Source of the DNA: Octopus sinensis
Taxonomy: Eukaryota
DNA: 64,000 nucleotides
Reading direction: 5' to 3'
Assembly: GCF_006345805.1 (NCBI RefSeq)
Contig: NC_043000.1
Span: forward strand, 77,934,001-77,998,000
A program made the translations under genes and the position numbers. Below are positions 26,646-40,833 of this stretch, piece by piece. The notes below the pieces were generated by a model. It worked only from the letters and a program-made list of their open reading frames with translations, did no database searches and was not told the origin of the DNA. Position 1 is the first letter of the stretch; every line of letters begins with the position of its first letter.

Positions 26646-27664
26646 ATATGTATGTATGCATGTATGTATACATGCACATCTACGCGTGCATACGCATCTT
26701 ACAAGCATATACATATGTGTGAAGAGAGAGAGAGAGAGAGAGAGGGAGAGAAAGAGATATAGAAAAAAGAGAGACAGACAGACAGACCACGATAAAAAAG
26801 GGATATTGAAAGGAGACCGATTCTGCAGCAAAGTATTATTAAAAAGAAAAGGAAACAAATAAGGTTTATTGAAATAATTGAGAACATTTCTTTTGGACAA
26901 ACAGAAATACCTTTTTGTTCTCTATTTGTCACTTCTGTCTTATTAAATAAAAAGTAGAAAAATTAATCAATAATTCTTTGCGTGTGATTGGAATGGCTTT
27001 TATGGAGACAACAAATGTCCAAGTGTCCGACTGTTCAATGAGCACTGAGATCATTCAGACTGGTTATTTGTTTAAACGAACTTCAATGTATTCAACACAT
27101 TTTAGTTCAGATATCGTTCCAATAAAAATTTTAATCTTCAATACAAAAACAAAAAACGAAAGAAAATGTAGAGAATGAACAATCTCCAAAGAAACACCTT
27201 GGATCAATGCATTTACACAACTCTCCTGCTTGAGCACGTTACATCAATAAGATTCCTTTCTTTCATTCATTCATTCATTCTTTCTTTCTTTCTGTTTCTT
27301 CCTTTCTTTTTTCCATTCCTTTCTTTTTTCTATTTCTTCCTTCTCGCAAACACTCTCCCCATTCAAAATGTTTCACCTTTTCGTTTCACTTTGTATAATT
27401 CTATATTAACACACATTGTCACGTAAACCAACAGCCCCATCGTATTACTGGAAATTATTTCATCTACTCTGCATGTGTGCAAATGTGTGTGGTTGGGGTA
27501 AAAGGGTGTTTGTGGTGGAGGGGAAAATGCGTGTGGTGGGAATGAAAAAATGTGATGAGGTGAAAAAGAGGATATTTGAACTGAGAAAATAAAAACAATT
27601 TTAATAAACAATAATTCAATCAATGAAAAAGGAGATGAAGAAAGCTTCTAACAATGCAGAGATG

Positions 27665-27810
27665 TATTGTAAGAAGCTTGCTTCCCAACCACAAGGTTCC
27701 GGGTTCAGTCTCACTGCATGGCACCTAAGGAAGGTGTCTTCTACCATAGACAGTCCAGTCAAAGCCCTGTGTGTGGGTTTGGTTGACGGGAACTGAAAGA
27801 AGTCCGTCAT
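27665..27810 (+). mobile_element. SINE family B head
   Basis: gtaagaagcttgcttcccaaccac...ggttcagtc...gaactgaaagaagtccgtc. Confidence 0.8.
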
Positions 27811-28543
27811 ATGTTTGTATATATATATATTTGTTTGTGTGTACATGTGTGTGTAGAACCTCTTGCCATTGTTTTCGTTCTTCTAGTAAATATTATTTTC
27901 CTGGGGTTGGTGGTATCAACTAACCTCCTGTCCCCAAGATTGTTGGCCTTGCGCCTAAATCAGAAACTATTATTTTTTATGTTACAATACATTTTAAACA
28001 CAGACAGAAAGAAAGAGAGAAAAGGAGGAAAAGAGAGTGAGAGAGAAAGACAGAATGGGAGAATAAACTAAAGACACATTGACGTCACAAACTTTTGTTA
28101 CGTCTTTCTATGGTTCCTTCAGTTCTTTTTGAAGTTTCTATATAACTCTCGCCCTCTTTCTCTTGGATATTTACTTTAACCTCCACATTCGCTCAGCTTT
28201 CCACTTCTTAGAATCCTCTATTTTACATTCGCTTTCCTCCCCTCCTTCCCCTCTCTCTTTCTCGCCTCTCCCCCTCTTTCTTTCTCTGCTGTCACCTCTC
28301 TCTCTTTCTCTTCTCTCTCGCCTTTTCTCTCCCTCCATCTTTCTCTGTATCTCTCTCTTTCTATTTCTATTTCTGTCTGTCTGTCTGTCTCTCTGTCTTT
28401 GTTTCTCTCCCTTCTTTCACTCTCTATCTATATATATCTAGCTATCCCACAACGTTTCTGTCTTTCTTTCGCTTCATTGCTTCTACTGTTTCCGTCTCTC
28501 CCTTCTCTTTGTCTCTCTCTCTTTCTCTCTCTCTCATTCTCTC

Positions 28544-28579
<36 letters not shown>

Positions 28580-28623
28580 GACGGAAACTGAAAGAAGCCC
28601 GTCGTATATATATATATATATAT

Positions 28624-29264
28624 AATTCATAAATGAGGGTGAAGGAAAAAATTCTAATGCCAAATATGCCGAAAAATTGGACATATTGTCCATTAACCAT
28701 ATAATGTTTTCACAATACGCACGCTACTCGATAAAAGGTCGACAGAAATTTCTAAAAAATTCCATTATTACCATATCGGACCGATTTCGGGGTTAGCTTA
28801 TAACAGCCCGCCCTTCGTCAGTGATACATGTGGCAAAAGAAATAAATGAGATACTTACTCACACACATGGTAGAAGCAAATACTAAGTCATGGGCACAAT
28901 TAAGTACCCCAAATACATCCAAAACAGAAATACTCCAGCCCATTCGAGGCACGTGCGATTTGAACTGAGGCTCTCACAGAGTGAGTTATTTAGCTCGGAA
29001 GTGAACGCTTAAATTTATATCAAATGTGAGGATAAAATTCTTTACCCAAAAAATATTTTCTCCAAAAAATTTTTATCAATGGCCAGCATATTAAAAAATA
29101 CCTTTAACGGTTAAGTTTATAAACAATTCATAAATGAGGGCAAAGGAAAAAAATTCTAATGCCAAATATGACGAAAAATTGGACATATTGTCCATTAACC
29201 ATATACTTTTTTCACAATACGCACGCTACTCGAAAAGGTCGACAGAAATTCTAAAAAATTCCAT
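28624..29264 (-). mobile_element. Retrozyme-like/non-autonomous PLE unit, 501-bp period with ~140-bp direct terminal repeats
   Basis: 28624-28765 ~ 29125-29264; HHR at 28769-28826; flanked by (TA)n on both sides. Confidence 0.75.
28769..28826 (-). ncRNA. Type I hammerhead ribozyme, canonical core, AUA site
   Basis: tatca-CTGACGA-a-ggg...ccc(c)-GAA-ATCGG-t-CCGAT-A-tggta: 5-bp stem I, 5-bp stem III with a 1-nt loop. Confidence 0.8.
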
Positions 29265-29342
29265 ACATATATATATATATATATAATATATATATATTAT
29301 ATATATATATATACATACATATATATATATACATATATATAT

Positions 29343-29410
<68 letters not shown>

Positions 29411-29452
29411 AATTTATATAAATAAGGATAAGATCGTTATATAATATATATA

Positions 29453-31106
<1,654 letters not shown>

Positions 31107-31212
31107 AGCCTCGGGCCGACCAAAGCCTTGTGAATGGATTTGGTAGACGGAAACTGAAAGAAGTCCGTCGTATATATACGGTTGTCAAGCGATGCTGGAC
31201 ACACACACACAT

Positions 31213-31287
<75 letters not shown>

Positions 31288-31469
31288 TGTCCAATATCGC
31301 TTGACAACCGATGCTGGTATGTTTATGTCCCGTAAGTTAGCGGTTCGGAAAAAAGAGACCGATAGAATAAGTACTAGGCTTACAAAGAATAAGTCCTGGT
31401 GTCGATTTGCTCGACTAAAGGCGGTGTTCCAGCATGGCCGCAGTCAAAATTACTGAAACAAGTAAAAGA

Positions 31470-31514
<45 letters not shown>

Positions 31515-31527
31515 ATATATATATATA

Positions 31528-34080
31528 GTAATCCACCTGGCAAACGGCACAAAACAGTCACAAAAAATACTCAATTTTCGGAGGGATACGCTCCCTTTGA
31601 ACACACTTGTCGCCGCTAAAACACAATCACAGGCAAACAAATGCGTGGAAATTAGTGGAGGTTCCCTGCTAAAACAAAAAAAATATTAAATATGAGCAAC
31701 GAAGCCACACTGAATCCCCCACCCAAAAAAACCAAATGTCTTACCTAACTGTTGTGCTAAAAACACAGCAAATTCTTCTGGCCGTCCTAGTACTCCCGGC
31801 CGAACTTGGTAATCCTTCTGGCAAGGGCACAAAGCTGTCACACAAATAACACAATATTCGCCCCCAAAACACACTTCCCACCGCTAAGTGAGACTTTAAA
31901 CAAAACCCCAGGCAGACAAATACGTGGAACTCAGTGGAGACTTCTTGCTCGACAAAAATAAAATAAACACGAGCAACAGACCCCCATTAAACACTAAAAA
32001 AAACAGAAATGTCTTACATAGTACTTGTGCTTCGATAATTCACGACGTTGGTAAACGTTGGTAAACGTGACCCCAACAGCGAAGAAGGACGCGTCCACTC
32101 AGTATGAGGGAAACAAGCTTCTTTATTTCATTTCATTTAATTTGTCACAAGAGCAGCACACAGATAGAAGCTTGTGGGCTGAACATGGACAAGATGAAAT
32201 TAAACAAAATGATACGGATAAGAGTGATGTCGGCGCTCACCGACCGACAAACCCTCGAATACAAAGTTTCTTACAACAATACAAAATTTTCTTACAACAA
32301 TTCTCTTTGTCAGGTCCCCCAAGCTAAGTGACTTGCCGCCTGCAGACAACTCTGCATCGATAGGTCGGGGCCTGCAAAGAGGAAAGCAAATTCTCCCTTG
32401 ACAAAATTTTTTCCGTTACTACCTCCGCAGCCCCCTGCGGAGGCCATATCGGACTAATTGGACAGACCGAGTACACACGTTCTCGGTCACCCAAGCCGTC
32501 CAAAAATTTACTCACCGTCCCTCCCTCGTGGTAAAGGAGGAGAAACACCTCCTCTTCACAGGAAGGGACCTCAGACTGCTCCGTCAGTGGCACACTTTCC
32601 ACTGACGGAGCCCTATCCGCAGGTGGCACACATCCCACCTGCGGCTCTGTCAGCGGCCCAGGAACATCCCCCGACCGTCCTCTGCTCCTCTTTTTCCTCT
32701 TTCTTTTTGAGGCTGCGGGAGCAGGGGCCTGCGTCGACAGACGCGGGGGGTCGCTACCCTCCTCCGCCGCCTGAACATTCTTTGGCGAGCAACCATTGTT
32801 ACTCGCCTTTCTTTTTCTTTTCGTGGAGGCAACTTCCTCCACGACTTCCACTATCTCCCCCTCCAATGAGGGGGCGGCAGGCACGTTCTCTTTCTCATGC
32901 TCCAGGGCCCCACCACGGAAAGTTCCTTTTGATATGGCCAGGCTCCAGGCGCAGGTGAAACTTGGGGGGGGCGTCCCTCAAGTATCACCGGGTACCTGTA
33001 CCCGGCCATTTTTAGGAAATCCGGAAACATCATGTCTCCCACGGCCACCGGGGTCCACAGGGTCAAAGTTGCCTTTGACCCCTCCCAGTTGACCGCGGGA
33101 GCAATCTTCACACTCAATAGCCTGGGCCCGCTATCCCCCAGGCCTCGCGGTATGGTCTTCTCGATCCATCCTGCCTCCGTGCCCGGGGGCAGCCCGCACA
33201 CCCAGGCTCTTCTTATCTTTCTTCCACAATAAGTGGGGAGGAACAAAATTTCTTTTCCCTCAAAGGGCTCGCTGGCAAATCTGCCAGCTTCCTCGGAGGT
33301 ACCAAACAACAACCACACTGTTGCAAACTTGGTCCCCCGTGAAATAAATTTTATAGTTGGCAGGTAGTCTGCCAACTCTCTATTACGCTCTTGTCGAAGA
33401 GGGCGATGGCACCACACGACCTAGAATAGGTCCGTAGTACCACCGTCCTCTTCTCAAGATCTTTAAAATCCACTGTTTCGGTGGGACCACCTCCCACTCC
33501 AAAGCAGCGGCCCCGTTTATTTTTGCCATGTGCAAAAAAGAAAGTCTTAAAAGTTCCAAATGAAGTTCAAAGTTCAAAGAGAATGTAAAAAAAAAAAGTA
33601 AGTCCAAAAATTAATTAGCAATTCAAAAACAAAGAAAAAAAATCAGAAAGGATAAACAGGAAATAGAAAACAGTTCACACAGCAAAAGTCCAGTTGGCCA
33701 ACAGGTAATCCCGGCCTAATGTGAATAGGTTCCTTGACACAAATCTTTTTTGTTGTCCGGTAATTCAAACAATACAGCCAACGGTAGCTGCAACAGCAAA
33801 AGTTTCTATTCAGGCGAGGATACGCCCCACCAAAAATGAATCCAATAAATTATTAATACACAAAAACAGCAGCCGCCGAGAGCAGGCGAAATTGTCCCAG
33901 AGCTGGGCACAATTTACTGAAGAAATAATTCGCACGCAATAAATTATGCCCAGCTTACAACAAACAAAATCACCTACCTCGACAAACTTCTCTGTTTTTG
34001 TTCTTTTTTCTTTTTAGGACGGAGCTCAAAGCTCATCTCCTCACTGTTCACTGGCAAGAAGTCGACTCGACGCGCATGTG
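31528..34080 (-). mobile_element. ORF1-only LINE-like element (L1/Tx1-type ORF1 pseudogene ~33530-32324)
   Basis: IKFISRGTKFATVWLLF...FLPTYCGRKIRRAWVCGLPP...VILEGRPP (RRM-like ORF1) then K/R/P-rich tail; no EN/RT downstream; ends at (TA)n; homologous to 46786-47700. Confidence 0.55.
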
Positions 34081-35781
34081 CGGAAGCAAGCTTCTTACCG
34101 CACAGCCACTCCTGCGCCTACACTCACACACACACACACACCATATACACACACACATATGTATATATAATTAGTGTACATTTATACACACAAGAGGTGA
34201 GCCTTACATGCTAAAAGGAGCAGTCAAAGCCCAAACCAAGGTTATATATATGTGTGTGTGTGTGTGTGCGCGCGCGCTTGTGTGTGTGTGTGTGCGCGCG
34301 CGCTTGTATGTGTGTGTTGTTTTGCAAACAACTTGCACATGCAAGTGCTACCAGTTGAGAACTCCGCATACAGGAAGCCAGCAAGTATATGGGGGTCATC
34401 GACGGCATCACTGATGTGAGGCCCGCTTTCTAGGTCAACTTTATATTAAATAAAGCTCAATATTCTTCTAGCCATCGCTCATCGTCTCTTTTTAACTAAA
34501 TCCAGTGGCTAGCCTTTTCCACTGTAGTTTGGATATCGCTCATGGTGGTGTTTACTTTACGATGAGTTAGGCCTAACGATAACACGAGTCGTCTCACACT
34601 GTGTCCAACAAACCCTCTACACCCGACTTCAACTAGGAAATGCTCCACTTTCCAGCCTGCGTCTTCACATTCCTCGAGGAGGTTTACATAACGTTCAATC
34701 TTCATGAGGAACCGTTAACTCGACTAGATTCACAACTTATTTTCTTTCACACCACATTAAAATGTCCGTGTTTTTCGTAACTGGAATGGGAAAGAGTCGT
34801 TCCACTTTTCATCGCTCACAGGAAGTTTGTTGTTCTTCTGTTTCAAGAAGATCCGCTGTCCTGAGCGCACGGAGGTAATGAAGTCTCTAATTGGCACTGT
34901 CAACGTTTCTTTTTTCACTGTTGTTGAGATCAATTTAGTTCTTTATAGCATTGAAGATAACCTTAAGGACCAGGTTGTGTCTCCATGAATACCTGTTCAA
35001 TGCTAGCGAACAGTTGGAAAGAATATGTTTCAATGTTCCGACCTTTCCGCATTTGCATTTATCATTCTTTGAGACGTTCCATCTTACTAGATCTGCAGGT
35101 GATGACAAGACATCATAGGATGAACGAATCAGAAACCTTAGCTGAGATGTGGACCACCTCCATACCTCATTCCAACTTATTTTCCTCTCAACAACATATT
35201 CCTCCCATCTCGTCATCTGTACTTGTTGAATGCATTGGATAAAATGAAGTTCACTTCTCTCTGCTTCCCTCTGCTATCAACAGATCTGCGTTAGCTCATA
35301 ATTGCAAACTGTCTGAACCGATCTGCGCTAACAGCAAGTCCCTTCCGATGAATTTGCGTTGCACTCACCATATATCGGTGTGTAAGAGAAGCCAGGATGT
35401 CACCAGGCTCTGCTCCTGCTTTCTATTTCCTGGCTGTTTTCACATCTAGTGGATTACGCCTGATTTCCATGTTCTTTAACTCTCTCAGCATCATCACCGT
35501 TCGTACCTTCCCCAGTCTATATATTGCAACTATTGACGCCAGTGGTAATTGCAACTAGCCTCTTTTACAATAAAGAGCTGAACTGTTCAATATCCGAGGT
35601 AAGCCTAGCCACTCGCTGATGAACACATTACATTTTTGTTCAATGATTTGAACTCGTGACAATGCTACCTCGTAAATTAAAAGTGGCCACGAAAGTCACG
35701 GATACAAGCCACACTGTAAGCACCAAATTTTATACATTATTTACATTCGACGGATATTTGTCCTCATCTTGTTTGTTGTTA

Positions 35782-35825
35782 ACACAACATTTCGAATGAT
35801 ATACCCTCCAGCCTTCTTCAGGTGT
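35782..35825 (-). ncRNA. PLE pLTR hammerhead (slightly decayed)
   Basis: acac-CTGAAGA-a-ggctg-gagggtatat-cattc-GAAAt-GTT-gtgt. Confidence 0.7.
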
Positions 35826-35897
35826 CTAGGAGAAATTTCGAACCTGGATTCTCATTCCTAAAGGTATTTTTCGATGTTATTATTATTATTATTGTTC

Positions 35898-35971
35898 ATG
35901 TTAGTGCTTGGAATTGAACTGGGAATCTTGGGGTTAGTAGCCCACGCTCTTAACCACTACGCCATATGACC
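35898..35971 (-). other. tRNA-like module (Pol III A/B boxes) inside the PLE 3' UTR
   Basis: ggtcataTGGCGTAGTGGttaagagcgtgggctactaaccccaagattcccaGTTCAATTCCaagc. Confidence 0.7.
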
Positions 35972-36982
35972 GTGGAGTGAATTTTAGGGCTTATAAATCT
36001 AATATTTTCCTATCTTTCCTTAATATCGGTTCCCATATGCTGTTCATATCTGTACTCGGTCTGTTTAGAAAGTTGTGCCCTAAAATATGTGCTGCTTCTT
36101 TTAGTTTTCGTATTTTCCAGTGTTCTCTGTCTATTATTTTAACTTCATCCCACAGGGGGAGGTGGTCTCCATTTTACCATACATGATCAGCTATACCCGA
36201 TTTATTAATATCTCCCCGTGTCATAGCTTTGCGATGTTCTTCTACCCTTATTTTGAGGGAGCGGCATGTTTCGCTTTTGTATAACCTCCAACAGCTGCAT
36301 GGGATTGAGTACACGCAGTTCTTGGTCATATTCTCTTCTATTAGTGGTTTTACTCGGAGATATTTGCGAAGTGTTGTATTACTTTTTAATACTGTCCTGA
36401 TGTCATATGGGCCGCATATCTTTTGTATCTTTTCGGAGAGGCCTTTCACATAGGGTAGACAGACAGTGGACAGTTTTTTGGCTTCATCCTCTCTCTTCTT
36501 GTTATTGGAGTGGATAGTATACTTTTGGATCGTTATTGAGTTTGATCATTTCTTCGTGGTGTGTATTACGATCGCTACTTATATTCTTTGCTCAATGTTT
36601 TAGACACTGTGTGGATGGTGGGAATTGAAATTCAGGTATCATCCAGTAAAGGTCGGCTTGCGGTATACGGATGTCCTGAATCCATACTTGATGCGTGCTA
36701 TTAATACGTCCAGGAATGCCAGCTGATTGTCTTTTTCCTTTTTCCATTTTGAACTATGTGGGTGGCTTTATTGAGTTCACATGATCCAACAGCCCTTGGA
36801 CATCTTCCTAGTGTGGCCAGAGTATAAAGGTGTCATCAACATATCTTAGTCATAGTGTTGGTTTTAGTGGTGTTGATCCTAAAGCCAAATTCTCAAAGTA
36901 TTCCATGTATATATTGACTATTGCTGGTGAAAATGGCGAGCCCATAACTAAATCCTCCTCTTGTCGATATATTTCCCCCAAG

Positions 36983-37026
36983 ACACCTGAAGAAAGCTGG
37001 AGGGTATATCAGCCGAAACGTTGTTT
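36983..37026 (+). ncRNA. PLE inverted-pLTR hammerhead
   Basis: acac-CTGAAGA-aa-GCTG-gagggtatat-CAGC-c-GAAAC-GTT-gttt. Confidence 0.7.
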
Positions 37027-39419
37027 TAACAACAAACAAGATGAGGACAAATATCCGTCGAATGTAAATAATGTAAATAATGTACATAATTCCTCATCTC
37101 TTAAATATAGAACCAAATTATTTACGTGGTAATTTTGAGTTATCGCTCGCTGATAATCAACCTCGGCTTGTTTCATAATTTCTATTCCGCGACTCCTATC
37201 TGACAATGTTCCAGTATATACTCACCCCAAGCTCTTGGTGGGTTCTTCTTTGCTGGAATGCTTTCTTCAGCTATTCGAAACCTAATTTCCTTCTGCACTC
37301 CCTTAACAAATGTCAGACTATGCGACGCGACTTTTTGCTCTAAACCGCATTCTTGACCTCCTCCCAAGCTCATCTAGAGGACTCTGCATGATTTACTTGT
37401 CTGTTGACGTAAGTGTCACGTCATCCATGAAGGCTTCTTAGGCGATTGTACATGGGCGATTTGTTCCGAAAAATCTACTGCTTTCAAAATCCTCTCCGTG
37501 ACCAAGATATTGTGCAGCCAGCAGCAATGCCAGTCTCCAATCGGTGCCAATCTGCTGTAAAATCTCCAGCTGTAAACCTCATCTCGAAACTGTCATAATA
37601 TAGCCTCATTAATTTGGTTACTTTGTCTGGAATGTGGAAGTGGCCCATGGCTCTCATAAGTAATTCGTGTGGCACTGAACCATATACATTAGCTAGGTCA
37701 AGCTAAATCACGTTCAGACTTCTCTTGTTCTGTTTAGCATCCTGGATCGCTTTCCAAATCGAAAAACAATGTTCAACGCATCCAGGGATCCCAGGGATTC
37801 CCGCCTTTTGAACAGATTCATCAACATATCCATTACTCTGTAAACATATCACTGTTCTCCTCGAGAGAATTCCCATAAAGATCTTGCCTTCCACATTCAA
37901 TTAGGATATCGGTCTAAACTGTTTTAGTCTCGGTATTGGCCTCCTTCGGCAGGTGTATGCCTTCTGCCTTACACTAATCCTCTACTAGAGTCTCTTCGTG
38001 CCACACCTGTCGGAGTAGGATAAAGAGCTTCTTTCGCGGACGATTGCAATATTTGTATACTTTATACGAGACGTCATCACATCCTGGGGCACTCTTTACT
38101 CTAGCTTTTCTCACAAAATCACTCACCTCTTTCTCCCTGATGTTCCCAATTTCAAATTCGATATCAGGTTCTAAGAGATGCTTTAACCCATTTAGAGGTG
38201 GAGGTGGCTGGTTACGATGCGGATCGCTGGAGGTTTCTTTGATATGAGCGTCCAATTCTTCTTTCGTGCACGATAAAGTGCCACTCTTCGGTTCAGTGAA
38301 CAGTTCCTTGAAACTCCGTACGGGTCCTTCAGAAACTGACACCGAGTCCTTTTACTTTCTTTTAGTAGCTCATATCGCCGGATATGTCGTTGCACATAAC
38401 GGCATTTTCTTTTCAAATCGTCGTACAGCATCGCGGGCCAGGCTTTCCGTCTTCTACAGCACATTTCCATCACTTTCTGAGGTTGGTCTTTTCCTTCCTT
38501 AATTGCTTCATTTTCCTGATCCCCCTACTTGGTCCACACTTTCCTTTAGCTAATCGGATACGATCTTTCGCTCCAAATAATTCCTTTCCTGTATCGTATA
38601 TTGAGCTTGTTAATTTTCCCAGTTCCTCCACTGTAGAGCCTGTCATTTTATAAAGAGCTCGACATACCTTGTTTTCAAACTCTTTATATTTTCCTTTCTT
38701 ATTAGCAGCAAGCCACAGAACGCTCGGTTTCCTCGGAGTACTATCTGATGCACCAGTTTCATAACCTGCAGTTTCCTGTTGGGAGGAGGTCTTTGCAGTA
38801 GCATTTATCGATCCGCTGTGGTTTGAGTCCTGGGATGATTTGCCACGTGTTTTACGATCAGATGATCCCCACTGCTCTGTCCTCTTCTTACAAGTCTTTC
38901 CTTGATGTATTTTCAAGCTTCTCTCCGTTGCAAAGGTCATACAGCACAGCTTGCATCCAAAGTTGTTTGCACTTCGTTCGCTGTTCAAGGTCATTTCCGT
39001 GTTAACTGGGTTTGACTGATTCTCGGCTCCCCACTCTCGGTCAATTATAGAGCTGTCATTCTCATTGAGAGCTTGCTGATACAGATTGATAAGATATCAT
39101 CGGGTTAGCTGTTTGTACCAATACCCAAAAGTCAAGTCTCTTCCAGGTGCTTTTCCATCCTGAGGTTTCTGGATCACGGTTACAAGGGTATCACCATCAA
39201 TACTGTAAGCCTTTGGTGTAATGCGGGGCAATAACTTCTTCGGATTTCTTCCGGTCACAGAGCATCTTGGTTAAACTCCTCTTCACTCCAGATTTTACCC
39301 CAGAAAGAGTCTATGTCTTCTCGAGTAGGAGCTTCTGTGATGTTCACCGCTTCTCCTTTTATGCCTCTGTATACTGCTGCCTGGTTCCTGTTAATGTTTT
39401 GTATGTATGTATGTTATGT

Positions 39420-40003
39420 ATGTTATGTATGTATGTAATGTATGTATATATGTATGTATGTATGTATGTATGTTTGTAAGTATGTATGTAGTTGAATGTC
39501 CAAACATGCTCATATATACTTAAAGGATAAACTTCTGGAAAGTTTTACAGATTTTTACAGTTTTAGTGATGGATTGGATCTGTAGTCTTCGAATTAGCTT
39601 TCTCCATCTAGATTTTGAGAAACCTAATTCCTCAAGATTGGTATTTAGGCAATGTGTTACATATCTCATTGTCCCAGTAATTACAGGTATAAACTTGAAC
39701 TTGTAATCTGGATAGAGTAGCTGTAGATTCCCCAATAATTCAGTGTATTTTTTTTTTCACTGATCTTTAGTTTTATGCTAACAGCCGCAGGGCAGCTGAT
39801 TTACACAACTGTATATAGCTTCTCTTCTCTATCTCAAATTATTATGTCAAATCTATTGTTTACATTTTATTGAGGTTTTCACTGGGACATTTCACCAGTA
39901 TTCCTTTTTATTATGAGTGGTTATGGTTTCTTATTTCTTTGACCGCGGGGTTATCCTTCCAACGGATCTCGTTATAGTGTATGTATGTGTGTATGTATGT
40001 ATG

Positions 40004-40034
<31 letters not shown>

Positions 40035-40600
40035 TGTATGTATATATGTATGTATGTATGTATGTATGTTTGTAAGTATGTATGTAGTTGAATGTCCAAA
40101 CATGCTCATATATACTTAAAGGATAAACTTCTGGAAAGTTTTACAGATTTTTACAGTTTTAGTGATGGATTGGATCTGTAGTCTTCGAATTAGCTTTCTC
40201 CATCTAGATTTTGAGAAACCTAATTCCTCAAGATTGGTATTTAGGCAATGTGTTACATATCTCATTGTCCCAGTAATTACAGGTATAAACTTGAACTTGT
40301 AATCTGGATAGAGTAGCTGTAGATTCCCCAATAATTCAGTGTATTTTTTTTTTCACTGATCTTTAGTTTTATGCTAACAGCCGCAGGGCAGCTGATTTAC
40401 ACAACTGTATATAGCTTCTCTTCTCTATCTCAAATTATTATGTCAAATCTATTGTTTACATTTTATTGAGGTTTTCACTGGGACATTTCACCAGTATTCC
40501 TTTTTATTATGAGTGGTTATGGTTTCTTATTTCTTTGACCGCGGGGTTATCCTTCCAACGGATCTCGTTATAGTGTATGTATGTGTGTATGTATGTATGT
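39420..40600 (-). repeat. 596-bp tandem duplication containing an R4/Dong-type RLE 3' fragment
   Basis: ORFs 39520-39735 and 40116-40331 are identical; homologous to 7235-7587; units bounded by (TATG)n. Confidence 0.9.
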
Positions 40601-40606
40601 ATGTAT

Positions 40607-40635
<29 letters not shown>

Positions 40636-40637
<2 letters not shown>

Positions 40638-40833
40638 TTCGACAGGAGGACTTAAACGACATTCAAAGGTACATGAAGCCCAGTCACAACTACAGCCGGC
40701 TATTACCAGTAAAGAAATTTTGTACAAGACATTGTAGATCTTTAGCTGGGCTAAAAAGTGACATTCGATCACAGCACCAGTAACAGTTAAGCTTCGTGCA
40801 ATGGCCATACTCGATAACGAGGGGGCAGCCATA
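40636..40833 (+). mobile_element. RTE-like LINE extreme 3' end (zinc-finger remnant plus UTR)
   Basis: STGGLKRHSKVH and CRSLAGLKS remnants; 3' UTR ...gagggggcagccat. Confidence 0.5.

Larger units (their letters stand above)
35733..37111 (-). mobile_element. Penelope-like element, 5'-truncated, with inverted pLTR, nested in the HERO element
   Basis: GLVMGSPFSP, RYVDDT, YRKPT RT motifs; GIY-YIG NCVYSIPCSC..Y.SETCRSLKIRVEEH; pLTR at 35733-35840 and inverted copy at 36970-37111; accaaatt on both flanks. Confidence 0.9.
34380..39390 (-). mobile_element. HERO/NeSL-type RLE non-LTR retrotransposon, near full length, pseudogenised
   Basis: N-terminal zinc finger CKLC..FATERSLKIHQGK; RT motifs VEGKIF, QKAGIPGIPGCVEH, LDLANVYGSVPH, AFMDD (~37421-37434); CCHC CKCGKVGTLKHILSNC..RYSWRHN; RLE tail VEVGCRGF. 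Confidence 0.9.

Noticed and set aside
32458-33092. Plus-strand proline-rich ORFs
   Set aside because: Antisense shadows of the GC-rich minus-strand ORF1
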